Assembly (NCBI RefSeq): GCF_009914755.1
Contig: NC_060938.1
Reading direction: 5' to 3' (one strand)
Length of the DNA: 64,000 nucleotides
Source of the DNA: the human T2T-CHM13v2.0 reference genome, Homo sapiens
Shown here: positions 1 through 14,443 of the stretch, piece after piece
Layout: each line of letters begins with the position of its first letter
Position numbering within the stretch: position 1 is the first letter of the stretch
The notes under the pieces: generated by a model
Seen by the model: the letters and a program-made list of their open reading frames with translations, nothing else
Database searches by the model: none
What the model was told of the DNA's origin: nothing
Translations under genes and position numbers: made by a program

Positions 1-859
1 ACTTTTTCAACCCAAAGCACAGAATTAGGGGTACTATGATAAGTACAGTAGAGGAAAAAAAGAGTTTACTATCGATCCAAACAAAGATCACTGTTAAAGA
101 AAATTCAAGTGCCAGAAAGCACTATTTAATTTTCTTTTTTTAAAATACAGTTTTAGTTAGAAATTCTTACACAGTATTAGCAAAAGATGCATAACCTCAA
201 AACACAACTGCAAATGCTAATTTATTAGTGCTAACATTTAATAAAAATTAATATGTTAAAGTCTTACATAGCAATGAAAAAGATTTAAAATACTAAAAAT
301 ATTTCCAATAAATTTCCTTACTATATCTTAAAGAAACTTTCTGCATTATATAATTCTGAAAGCACAAGAGTATCACAAAAGAGGGTTACTGCTGCTGATG
401 ACATACTAATTCCTACAACAGAAAAACTAACTTTTCCCTTTAGAAAAGCTGGCAACCTGAAAAATTCCAACCCCAGGGAAGCAGTCTTACACATCTCTAA
501 CCTGCCAACTATAATGAGAAAATTTCTGGCAATCTTTCTTGGACCTCAGAGAAATAAAGTTAGATAAATTTATAAAAATTAAATAATAACTAAAAGCTAG
601 AAGGTGGGAATCCTCTTAGTCACCAAAGAGAGAAGAAAAGGAAAGCTAGTTAGAAGGTGAGCACCCCTCCATCTTTTTAATCGAGCTTTGAAATGCTATG
701 TTCACAGTACGGGGTATATTTATTCAGCTACAGTGATAGGAATACACACTTCATCCACCAACTTGTTAAATGTCATAAATCTTTACAGAGACACCAACAC
801 CTGTGCTGCTATGGCACCTGAAATTACCTGGAACAGTAAGAATTCCAATCTTTTACTTT

Positions 860-1540
860 CAATTTATCTGTGATTTTTATAGTCAGGTCTTGCGTTCTTA
901 AACAATCTGTCACTTTGCCTTTTAACTGGAGTATTAATTATCTTATATATACAAATATATTTATATTTGTTGTTATTGATATGGGTGAATAGGTCTGCCA
1001 TTTTTCCATTTATTTTTCTCTTTGTCCCATCTGTTTTTTGTATCTCTGTTCCTTTTTCTTGGTTTATTTTGGGTTAATTGAATATTTTTTAGTATTCCAT
1101 TTTAATTCCTCTACTAGACTTAAACTTTGTATTTTGGAATAATTTTAGACTTAACAGAAAATAGCAAAAATAGTACAGGGAGCTATGACATATCCTTCAT
1201 CCAGCTTCTCCTAATGTTAGCATCTTGCATAACTATAGTATAATTATCAAAACTAAGACATTAACAGTGGTACAATACTATCAACTAATATACAGACTTT
1301 ATTCAGGTTTCTCTAGTTTTTCCACTAGTATCTTTTTCTGTTCTACGATCCAATCTAGGGTACCACATTGCATTTTGTTGTCATGTCTCCTTAGTCTATT
1401 CTGTGACAAATTCCTCAATATTTACTTGTCTTTCATGACCTTGACACTTTTGAAGACTGCTGGTCAGTCAGTTATTTTGTAGAATCACCCTCAGTACGAG
1501 TTTTCTCACGACTGAATTGAGTTTACTCATTTTTTGGGCA
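860..1540 (-). mobile_element. Old L1 fragments (L1M, then L1MC-type 3' end from ~1120)
   Basis: T-rich antisense L1-like sequence; segments such as ggtaccacattgcattt and catgaccttgacacttttgaag are typical of L1MC4/5 3' ends. Confidence 0.6.
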
Positions 1541-1986
1541 GAGTGATGTGCTGCACTTACCCATTCAGTTCAACCTATTTTTTACTGATTACTATGCATG
1601 TTTGGATCAATAAGATGTAAAATGAGTGAAACACTAATCCAGCAGTAGATTTAAGTATTAATGTTTACCAAATTACTTGTTGACATCTTGATTTCTATTT
1701 TTATGTTTCATCCCAAGTGAAACAGTAGGCTTTCATTTGTTAAACTGCTAAACATTTTCTAGCCCAGGAGGTAGGGTAAGAAGAAAATCAATTTTCATTT
1801 TAACTCTCACAGAGAACTAAATTTAGATTAAAGTATCTAAATCACAAAGTCATTATCTCTTTGTGGGTTATCTTTATTTGTATGCTACAAAGAGTTACAC
1901 ACTGTACCAAATTTTCATGTTTTTTTTAATTCAATGCTCATTTTGAGATTAGTAAGGAAAGTTAATAAGGAGGAAAAGATTAAATA

Positions 1987-2606
1987 CAGTTGGCACTCCT
2001 GATCTGCAGATTCAACCAACCACAGACCAAAAATATGTGGGGAAAAAAACAATAAAACACAAAAATAAAAAATATTATCAATCAAAAACCAACATGGTGT
2101 ACAACTATTTACATGGCATCACATAGTATTAGGTATCATAAATAATCTAGATATTATTTGAAATATACAAGACAGAGCTGGGCACAGTGACTCACACCTG
2201 TAATCCTGGCACTTTGTGGGGGCTGAAGCAGGAGGAACACTTGAGCCCAGGAGTTCAAGACCAGCCTGGGCAACATAGTGAGACCCTGTCTCTACAAAAA
2301 ATTTAAAAAAAAAATTAGCCTGGTGTGGTAGTGTACACCTTCTTGGGAGGCTGAGGTGGGAGGGTCCTGGAGCCCGGGAGTTAGAAGCTGCAGTGAGCTG
2401 TGATTATGCCACTGCACTGCAGCCTGGGTGACAGAGAAAGACCCTGTCTCCAAAAAGTAAAATAAAATATATAAGAGTATGCTCACAGGTTACATGCAAA
2501 TACCACTCCATTTTATTAAAGGGACTTGGATGTCCTCAGATTTTGGTATCTGGTGGTGGTAGGGGGTACCTAAAACCAATCCCCCACAAATACCAAGGGA
2601 CAACTG
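1987..2606. mobile_element. MER2 (TcMar-Tigger) DNA transposon interrupted by an Alu
   Basis: Termini ta|cagttg ... caactg|ta (TA TSD); internal gattcaaccaacc, acaactatttacat and gattttggtatc motifs. Confidence 0.8.
2176..2470 (+). mobile_element. Alu (AluJ-like)
   Basis: Dimeric Alu with cacttgagcccaggagttcaagaccagcctgggcaacatagtgagacc diagnostic segment. Confidence 0.93.
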
Positions 2607-5013
2607 TACAGCTAATCTGTTTGTGGCAAGAACAACCCTAACCAAACAGCCAAGGTCAGAAGAAAAAGGAATTATTATTTATTTTAATGTCCCTGAAGGC
2701 AAGAACTATTAGTTTCTTTGATATTCCCTAGAGCATTTAATAAACATCCCTGAATATAGTATTTTAAAATGTTTTAAATTATTAAATGAGGTTTTTCCAG
2801 AAAGCCTTATGTGAATAATTCCACTGCATTGTGATTATCTACTCACTTTATTCCAAATATCTTTTCAGAATATGTAATATTGACTGTCTACTACTATGTC
2901 TTCTTGTACTTACTCTTTTGTAACTGTTTTCATCTGTTGGCTTTGTCTACTCTAACAGGCTTAAAACTCCTTGAGGGTAGAAACCTTGTCGATTTCTTTC
3001 ACAAAAGTGCCTACCACATTACTATACATGGCATCATTCAAAATCTGACAATATGAATAGTCAAGGCTTTATACATGAGAAAATTTAGGTGGAAAGGGTA
3101 TTTTCCTCCCTCAAACTAATGAAGTATAAAATTTCAGAAGCTTAGAGCTAACAGTAAATTAAAAAGATTATAATATTTTTTAGTCTTTGTAGTTACAAAT
3201 TTGAATGATTTTCCCGACAATGGTAGCTTTTTGGATAGCAAATGTTCTTTCCTTAAGACTTGTTATTATTTTCAAATGTACTACACAATTTCCCATAATT
3301 TTCAAAGCCAAATGTAACAAGATATAAATATATGTTTAATATTGAATAAAAATAAAGTGACCAAAAATTATGACAAAGATATGTTCAGTTGAACACATCT
3401 TTGCTAATAACAGAACATGCTGAATCTTATATGCCACAGTACATTATAAAAACAAATTTTCTTCTAATGAACCTCAAAGAATCATCATTTTTGAAAGATT
3501 ACAATGCAAAAGTGTTCTAATAATTTAATAATTTTCCATTACTAATTAAAATTTTACTACTCCATGTATATCCATAAAGATAACAAAAAATATTACGATA
3601 TCCTAGAGATTGCTACCCTAGAACTGATATATACACTCACACATACACATACGCAAAGACATTCTAAAAAATGTACTCACACAAATAAACCATCTTCTTA
3701 CATCAGTCTTATTTAAATTCAAACACTTTGAGAAAAACTGAAGTATCTTGCTACATTTAGCATTTAGGCAGGAAGCAGAAGTAAAAAGTACATATTAAAT
3801 TCTAATTTTTATTGTAGTAAAAACAAGATTAGAAACAGGCAGAATCTAGAGAAGAAACAGAGCTGATTATTAATCTCCACAGGGTGACTTAGCAAATGGA
3901 AAAAAAAAAAGTTCTGAACACAGAATGAGAAAGGGGAACCATCTACTTGTATTTTTCATACTCATCCTCTTTCTCCTCCAAGCTCCTGGATTTTTTTCAT
4001 GTGTTAATAATAAGAAATTCAGGTGGCTAAACTGGGTTTGTGATGGTGAACTGACATTTTTGAGGCAGAATACTTAGGGGAATTAACAGAAGGAAAAAAA
4101 AATCTGGAACTCAGACTTCTCCAATGGCAATAAGATTATTTTATGATAAAAGGTCTATCCTTCAAATACTATGAAGTAGACTTTTGAAATTATTCTGACC
4201 AATAGTGATGAGAAGTTATGAAATATTTCAGTCACTACCATAAGATCACAGATATATAAAACTTGCTATTTTTACTATAAGGAGAACAAAGTATTACATG
4301 GCAATCTGTAGAAACATACCTAGAGCTCTTACACTGGGCTGCTCCTTATTTATTGATATGTAAGAACCTTTAGTTTAAATTTTACAGTGAAATAAGGACA
4401 TATTTGATTCTACCGATTAGGAAAATATATTTAGAATTTCCAGAGTATGGTATCTGGCACATAAAAGACAACTATTATTATATAAATTTGTTAGCTTTAA
4501 TTGCTAATTTATTCAGAAGTCACAAGTTTCCTCAGTTATATAGACTTTTAATCAACTAGATGCAAATGATATTTTAATTTGATATAAGCTAAACTACACA
4601 GTTTCCTTGCTTGTGACAAATGTATACATATGTTCAGAGAGGTAAGAGAGAGCAAAGAGTGGCAGAGAGAAAAAATATGGAGTGTTACTAACAAGAAGAA
4701 GAAAAAAATCCCCTGCCAACTTAAAGCTTAGTGCTGACATTAATTATGTTATGTAAACAATTACTTCCAACCACATAATTCGTTTTTTTCAAGCTTCATT
4801 CTGTAAATCACCTGATCAATATTGAGTTTTTCTGCTTTAGAGATGTTTTAGGAGGGGAAGGGAAAAAATCAATTAATATTTTAATTCATTAGATTCAGTA
4901 GAGCTTGCCAAGAAACCTCCCAAATAAAGACTAGCATGGATGAAGAAACGGTTTTAGAAGAAAAACTTCAGACAAATCTACAAATTCTAATCTACCTGTA
5001 CAGTTATACTCAC

Positions 5014-5034
5014 CAGAATAGTTGATCCCACTGC
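5014..5034 (-). CDS. DDHD1: DDHD1 alternative 21-nt microexon encoding GSGINYS
   Basis: cttctattgttccatttactgcag|GCAGTGGGATCAACTATTCTG|gtgagt. Canonical sites, phase 1-1, no stop in frame; agrees with my recollection of a 7-aa insert in a DDHD1 isoform. Confidence 0.85.
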
Positions 5035-5665
5035 CTGCAGTAAATGGAACAATAGAAGTATTTTTAACTTTACCACATATTTTGAAGTTTACTCAAGATT
5101 TAGACACACAATGAAAATGTGGCAATCTTAGCTACTATACAGTATTTTGAACTGTTACAAAAATATGCAAGTGCTGAATAAAGAAATGTAATGAGTAGAT
5201 TGTTTCAAATTAAAACTTGATATGGTTTTCAATAGGGGATAACTAAGAGATACACAAAGATAATTAAAGATTTTTTTTTTGAACTTCAGGAAAAGAACAT
5301 TGAAATATTAATGAAACTTGTCTTGATATAACAACAAGGAATTTTTGGGTTAAGTTCAATTTCCTTTGATAACTAAAAAATTACTAAAAAAGATTAAATA
5401 GGGAGTGCATTGTAACAATCTGTACATTTATAGTAAACTGTGTTAATATCATGACACTTACCATACATATTAAAATAAAAATTGAGATAGTTCAGATATT
5501 TATAGTAGTTAATTTTTAAATTCTAGAATAATCAAATGTTTAAAAAAATCAAATTTTCTAATTCTAAACCTCCTGAATTATTATGTCAAATTTACAAACC
5601 ACTCTAAACTTTATCAACAACTTACTTGGTTTGTAGAATATATTAAATGTATCAATTGATCTTAC

Positions 5666-5839
5666 CATCTTTTCCATCTATGGATTTTGACACTTCAATA
5701 TCGAAATTTTCCTGCATCTGCTGGCCCCTAAAACAATTGAGATGTTCTTGCTCAATTAAATTACTTTCTTCCTCTTCTAGAGGCTGCCAAGTGCCGTCAA
5801 TAAACCACTGTCCACGCATTACTGGTATTTTATCAGCCT
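5666..5839 (-). CDS. DDHD1: DDHD1 coding exon 2 (174 nt, phase 1-1)
   Basis: Acceptor ttctctttttcag|AG; spliced to exon 1 it reads (Q)ADKIPVMRGQWFIDGTWQPLEEEESNLIEQEHLNCFRGQQMQENFDIEVSKSIDGKD; donor GATG|GTAAGA. Confidence 0.97.
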
Positions 5840-5974
5840 CTGAAAAAGAGAAATCACAGAATTATACACATTTTAAGATTCAACTTCCCCAAAAGAGACA
5901 CAGTATCTACAATCTTATATTTTGCTACTGCTGTCACAAAAACAGATTTTCATGACCCAATACAATCATCTAAA

Positions 5975-6225
5975 CTTTTATTTATGTTTATTTATTTTGA
6001 GATATTTATCTTGCTCTGTTGCCCAGGATAGAGTGCAGTAGTGTGACCACAGCTCACTGCAGCCTTGACCTTCCAGGCTAATTTTTATATTATTCTGGTA
6101 GAGATGTGGTTTTGCCGTGTTGCCCAGACTGGTCTGACTGGTCTCAAACTCCTGGGCTCAAGAGATGTGACCACCTTGGCCTCCCAAAGTGCTAGGATTA
6201 CAGGTATGAGCTGCTGCGCCTGGCC
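5975..6225 (-). mobile_element. Alu (AluJ-like) with internal deletion
   Basis: T-rich tail, ttgcccagg...cactgcagccttgacc, jump to ctaatttt, ends gcctggcc. Confidence 0.88.
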
Positions 6226-6739
6226 CATTTAAAGTTGTAAAATCCAGATTTTGAGCCAGAGTGTATCATATTCTATGGCACATACTTTTACTTATATTAA
6301 ATTATTATGCCTAAAAATCACTTTAGCACTAGAAAGATAGATGAGCAGCTATGTATATAATTGAGACTCTGAATAACCAAAATTAGTAGGCTAAGGGTTT
6401 GTTAAAACGAGTTTCATGCAAGGCTCTGATGATAGTTCCAATGTCTTAGAAAATATTAATATAAAATCCAGACTAGTGTTTAGAAATAGTGTGTGTGGTA
6501 GTAGTGTGTGGCACTTTTTAGAGCTGCCTTGGAGACTAGAGGCTTCTAGTACATATACAGGATAAATGAAACTATTATATTAGTAAATATTTCATCTACT
6601 TTAGGGAAAAAAAATCAAGAAAAACTTTCTTGGCTAACTTTTGATGAAACACTATTCCTAGAAACCCAAGACTTTTAGTTGTTATTTAAAATAAACTACA
6701 ACTGTCAGCTAAACTATCTTGAATTCTTTAAAACAATTT

Positions 6740-7350
6740 TTTAATAAAGCAAAAATAAAATAAAAATAACAAAACCCTAAAAGTAAAAAGCAAAATGAAA
6801 CAAATGGATCTAATTATGTAGAATGCTGGTGGTTTAATCATATAAAGAGAAATTATTTCAAGTGAATTTAAAACTCCGTCATTTGTACATACATATTTGG
6901 AAATAAAATATGGAGAAAAAGAACTGCAAACATCTTAAACCTTTTGCAATAACCATATTGTTAGTAATACTATTTGTATTACTAATTTGAAACTGTAGGT
7001 TAAGATGAATGTATTAATTTTATTAATATCATTAGGAACCTAGATTTTAAGCATAAGACAAAAGAGATACAAATATAAAAATCAAATAAATAAAAAAGCT
7101 TGTAATCATAAATTTTAATTAAAAACTTCAGTATGGACTAGTGATGTATTTTCTCTTTGTAAAAATGTCCTAGTAAAGGCCTAGAACTGAAGACAAACCC
7201 AGTATAAGTGAACACTCCTAATATAAAGATTGTGAACTATAAATATCATTTCCCATTAAAAGAAACCAAGAGTCCTTGAAAAAAATGGCTAACTTCAGGT
7301 TTGAGACAAGAAATATACTAGATGATCTTGAGACATCTTGTCATACCAGA
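6740..7350 (+). mobile_element. Old L1 (L1MC/MD-like) fragment
   Basis: A-rich diverged L1 3'-region motifs (aaagaaaccaagagtccttgaaaaaaatggct...gagacatcttgtcataccaga). Confidence 0.5.
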
Positions 7351-7924
7351 TTTGTACTGTGATGTATTTAAAATTTTCTATTATGTGTTTCTATTGCTAC
7401 TTGCATTCTCCTATATTCTGCTATAGTGATTCTGGTATATTTAGGTGTTTGCTGTGTCATTTGGTACCTAGATACTAAAAAATATTATAACTTCATTGTG
7501 AATTATGGCTTTAACCATTATAAATATACTCTGTCATACTGAATAGTTTTTGCCTGGATTCTACTTTGTTCAGCAAAATGGAAACTCCTGATTTCTTATT
7601 TTTTCCATTTGCCTGTAATATCATATACATTCCTTTATTTTTGATGGTTGGAATCACTGTTTTATATGTCTCTTGTGTAAGGCATAGAATTGGGTTTTGC
7701 TTTATAAAGCCATTTGAACACCTTTTTATTTTAATAGATGAGTTAAGCCCATTTATGTTTACTAATATGATTGACATATTTGAACTCAACTCTATCTTTA
7801 TAGTTACCATGTTTGTTATTCATACGTATTCTTTTTTTTCCTTTATGTGGTATTTCTGCTATTTTTTTATTTTTTGTACTTTCTTTTGGTAGTTAGGAAA
7901 ATTTTAATTTTTTGTTCCAGTGGT

Positions 7925-7982
7925 TCTCTCTCTCTCTCTCCTGTGGTGGTGGTGGTGGTGGTGTGTGTGTATGTGTGTGTGT
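7925..7982. repeat. Compound microsatellite (CT)n(GGT)n(GT)n
   Basis: Seen directly. Confidence 0.9.
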
Positions 7983-8359
7983 TTTAGAGTAACCCAAATC
8001 GACTTTTTGCCTACTTTACCTTTTATTATCTGGTCAATCCATTTAAAAGGTATTGTATGACTCTCACTTATTACCTATATTGTGGAGAATAATCTTAATT
8101 CTTTGTTCACCCACTTATTTTTAGTTTTATTCTTTTTACTTTGTCAGAACATATAAAAATTACATCTATGTCCCCAACACTGTTTTAAGTCTTGGATCTA
8201 CATTTAAATATAGTAAATTATCACCACATATTTCCTAAATTCTTGTGTGTTCAAACTGTTTATCTGATACTCTAAAGACAGGTTGGCTAGCTTGTGCTTT
8301 ATTTCTTTGAGTTTTTAAAAATGGTGCTCTACTGTAGCCTTCCTTTGAATATTGTTCTA

Positions 8360-8640
8360 GGCCAGGTGCAGTGACTCATGCCTGTAATCCCAGCATTCTG
8401 AGAGGCCGAGCCAGGTGGATCACTTGAGGCCAGGAGTTCAAGACCAGCCTAGCCAACACAGCAAAACCCCAGCTCTACTAAAAATATAAAAATTAGCTGG
8501 GCATGGTGGTGCATGCCTATAATCCCAGCTACAGGAGGCTGAGGCATGAGAATTACTTGAACCTGGGAGGCGGAGGTTGCAGTGAGCCAAGATCATGCCC
8601 CTGCACTCCAGCCTGGGTGACAGAGTGAGACCAAAAAAAA
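8360..8640 (+). mobile_element. Alu (AluS-like)
   Basis: Full dimer with TSD atattgttct. Confidence 0.93.
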
Positions 8641-9460
8641 ATATATTGTTCTTAAGGAATCTGATGTCAGCCTGATTTTATTAATAATATAATCTTTTTT
8701 CCCCTCTCAAGAGGCCCAGGAAAAAAGTCTTTAAAATCTAATAGTTTTACTAGGCTATGACTCAGAGCTGTTCTGTATTAATCTGTCCATGATGGGGCCT
8801 TTTAATATGTAAAATTTGAAATTTCCTATTATTTCTGAAAAGTGTTGAGTTATGGTTTAATTAGTTCTGTTCTAGTGATTTGCTTTTCTTCTTTAGGGAC
8901 TCCAATTTTAAGTATGTTAGGTCTTCTTTTGCCTGTATTGAATTTAAACTACTTTTTACATTCTCTTGGTTGTTTTCCTTCCTTTTATCAATGGCTCTTA
9001 TTAGATTTTTATTTGAATCTATTCTCCACGGGCACCTTGTAATTAATATACAGTAGTCCCCCCTTATCTGTGGGGGATACATTCCAAGACCCCCACTGGA
9101 TGCCTGAAGCCTTAAATAGTATTGAACCTTATAATGTTTTTGCAATATATACATATTTATGATAAAGCTTACTTTATAAATTAGGCACAATAAGAGATTA
9201 ACAACAACTAATAATAAAATCCAACAATTATAACAATGTGCTAGCATCACCACTCTTGCGCTTTGGAGCCATTATTAAATAAAATAAAGGTAACTTGAAC
9301 ACAAGCACTTCAAAACCACCACAGTTGATCTGATAACCAAGACAGCTACTAAATGACTAATGGACCAGTGGCATAAACAGCTGCATATCCTAGACAAAGG
9401 AATAACTCCCATCCTGGGCAGGATGGAGCAGGATGGCTGGAGACTTCATCACACCAATCA

Positions 9461-10565
<1,105 letters not shown>

Positions 10566-11689
10566 ATTTAAAATTGCTTATTTCTGGAATTTTCCATTTA
10601 ATATTTTTGGACTCTAGTTGACTGTGGCTAACTGAAACTGCAGAAAGCGAAACCACAGCTATAAAGCTGGATTACTGTAGTCTCCCGAGATGGCTTTGCC
10701 TTTCTCTTCAATTTCTTTCCTGTGTTCAATCAAATTTTGTTGCACTTCTTCCTTTTTCACTTCTTTTCATGTCAGAGTTTAGATTTCTGCTTCTAAGTTT
10801 GTGGTTTTTGTAGTATGTTCACAGATTTGTTTGAGAATATTTTATTTGGTTGGAGCACTGAGATGCCCTTTCCCTTTGCATTTGCTTTTTTGGGGAGAAG
10901 TTTTATCAACTGAAACACTTTCTTTCAAATTTTTATATTCCTCTTAAAGTAGCTTTGTGTAGCATTTGATTCATTTCTATTCTTGAGCATAGGGTTCTTG
11001 GGTTCTTAGTTTAAGAGCATTCACTTCTGCAGATTAGTAAAGAGGAGCGCCTATAATGGACGGTGTTACGGTGGAGTTGTTGGGTGGGGGTTGGGTTGCC
11101 GTGCCTTGTTTCTCTTTCATTTCTCTAGAAGCCTCAATTTTATCCCCACTTCCTTCCTTTCCTCTTGCTGCCATGCCTCCAAGAGGTGTCGTTCTTTTCT
11201 CTGTCTCTTCTAGGAGCAATGCTACTCTGAAGCTGCTGCTTGTGGCCCCTCTCACTTTCATACAGCTTCCTGTAGCTAGTTCTATAAATTACCAAGTCCT
11301 AGGCCTGTCTTTGTACCTGGCAACGCTGAGGACTTTTTCTGAGGGTGATGTTGCCTGTGGTTTATTTTAACCTCTGTTCCCTTCTCCTATTTTCTCAGTC
11401 TCTTAAGCCTTTCCTTACCCAGCTCTTCCCACTCACAGGTTTGTAGCAGCAACAGGAACCATTGTAATGTGCTATTTCCTTGTATAAAGGTAATTAAAAA
11501 TTCATGGTATCATCTGTCTTGCGGTAGTGCTGAAAGTGTCAGTTATGTATGGTTTCTGTGTATATATATGTGTGTGTGCATGTGTGTGTGGAGTCCTTTT
11601 GTTCTTACAGCTTTTGGGGAGGACATGCGGAGAGATTTAGATTTGGACAGTTGCCATTATCTTCCAGACCCAGAAGCTCATCTCATTTA

Positions 11690-11855
11690 ACAATAATCTT
11701 AAAAGGCTATCATTCTCCCAACTTTACAAATGAATAAGCTAAGTCTTAGTGAAACTAAATAATTTGCTTAAAGGCACATAGCTACTAGTAATGTGAGAAC
11801 CAAGATTCCAACCAAAGTTTGAGTTCAAAGTTCATTCAAGCTCTTTCTACTACAT
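11690..11855 (-). mobile_element. MIR
   Basis: tttacaaatgaataagctaag...aatttgcttaaaggcacatagct resembles the MIR core. Confidence 0.65.
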
Positions 11856-12009
11856 AATACAACCTATACTCTCAAATACAAAATGCATTTTCAGCTCTCA
11901 TTTAGTTCTCACCTCCCAAGCAGTAGAGGTTCTTTACTGGTGTTCAACCACAAATAGTCATGAAACCCTTAGCTTCCTGGAAAAAAATTGAACAAAACAA
12001 AACACACAC

Positions 12010-12650
12010 CCATTTTTCCACCTGCATTCCCTATCACAGTGAATGGAAAGCTGACAGTATTTAGGTGGCTACCCAAGGCAGAAACCTGGGAGTCATCCAA
12101 GATGCTGCCTCCTCAAGTACTTCTTACAACTGGACACTAAATGCTGTTTATTCCATCTCCTAAATCACTCTCAAATTCATCCCTTGTTTATCAGGCCTAC
12201 AGTCATTATTTGAGTTCACACTAATCATTTCTTGTTTTATTTCAGAAGCCTCCTACGTAAACTCAGTATCCCTAGTTTCAACTCTACAACACTCTCACCA
12301 CCATTACCCAATGCCTACTCACAAGCAAGTGTATATGTAAGTACATGCACATACATTCAGATTCCCTTCATTTACTCTCTCCTCCTTAAAACCCAGAATG
12401 TGTTGTGCTGGTTCTTACTTCTGTATCTTGCATATGCTGTTCCTTCTGTCTGGGATGCTTGTGCCTATTTTCTACATTTAGCTAGCTTTTACATTTACTT
12501 CTTCAGGAAAGCCTTTCTTCACCTTCTATGATTTCACTGAAATAATTCTGTACATGTCTGTCAGTATTTTTCTTAACTGTATTCTATTTAGTCTTCCTCC
12601 TTTCTCTGGAATTCTTAGATACAGGTGTTATGTCTTCATACATCTTGAGA
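12010..12650 (+). mobile_element. L2 fragment
   Basis: cagaaacctgggagtcatcc, tgctgttccttctgtctgggatgc and ttcttcaggaaagccttt L2 motifs. Confidence 0.6.
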
Positions 12651-12676
12651 ACTCAAAAGATAAGAGTAACTATCAT

Positions 12677-12975
<299 letters not shown>

Positions 12976-13156
12976 AAATAACTAAGTCATTATCCTAATT
13001 ACAATTGCTAGGAAGAACGGTCTTTATTGAAATCAAAAGAAGAACATGGGTTCTTCTTGACTGAAAAATAATTCTAAGGTTCATTTTCTACTATGCAAAT
13101 GCTTGAGTGGATCTCATGTGTGAGTAGGAATACATTCGCAATAAAGATATTTATGT

Positions 13157-13198
13157 GGCCGGGCGCGGTGGCTCACGCCTAGAATCCCAGCACTTTGG
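13157..13198 (+). mobile_element. Isolated 5' stub of an Alu (42 bp)
   Basis: ggccgggcgcggtggctcacgcctagaatcccagcactttgg followed abruptly by non-Alu sequence. Confidence 0.85.
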
Positions 13199-14117
13199 AT
13201 TGTCTAATCCAGATCAGCCCCTGAACTATTAAATATCTAATGTATTAATGCACTGTTGCCATCAAACCATCCTTTATGTTTTCTTATAGAAAAACATATT
13301 CTAAGTTATAATTTAGACCATCAAGCATTTATTTCTCCATTAGGGTAAAGACTATATCCCATAAATCATTTTTTTTTTTTAACAGTAGCTAGGACTGGGT
13401 AGCTATTGGTGATAATGACTCTTCCTTCTTCCCTGTAGTTAACGTGCTTACAGCACAGGCATCAGGCTTTTTCTGAATTAGAAAGACAAAAGGCAGCTTG
13501 GTACCTGTGTACTGTAGACTTTGAGTTTTCCTGTACAGGTCATGCAAAAGCTGTTATGCATTACTAAGAGGAGGCTAGGTATCTTGGTGTTTTGGTAATT
13601 ATCTTTAAAGTTTATTACCCCCCCCCAAAAAAATACATTAGACTCAGCAAATTAAGAATTTTTCACTTTAATGCTTGATATGTAATATACATTGAATTAA
13701 AATCCATTTTACAGAACTAGAGTTGAACAGAAATACAAGGTTTCAGCTATTCAGGTACAATTTCTTTGCAACCTCATTTCTTTACAACCTCATTAAAATT
13801 AGTCTGGTTATTGAAATGTAATATTGTGGATAATTAAGATATTCCAAAGCTAACTGTCCAATTGAAAGCACAGAACACTTCCTAAAGTATTTAACACTTC
13901 CCTTAGTAAACAGAATAGGGTAAATATAAATTTACATTTTCAAGGCATTACCTTAATTTATTATGAAAGGGAGCTTTGTCGTGGAAGCTATATATACTGC
14001 TTATATTGAAAGGATTTTGACCACAGAGTAGACGTTAAACATTGTCTGTGTCTCTACTGTCAACTTTGTCTACTGCTAATCTGTATCAGTCTTAGATGAA
14101 TATAACAAGTTACACAG

Positions 14118-14443
<326 letters not shown>

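Noticed and set aside
4312-4412. Possible cassette exon ending TAG|GTATGT at ~4320 (minus strand)
   Set aside because: The acceptor is weak and ambiguous; such pairs occur by chance in AT-rich introns.
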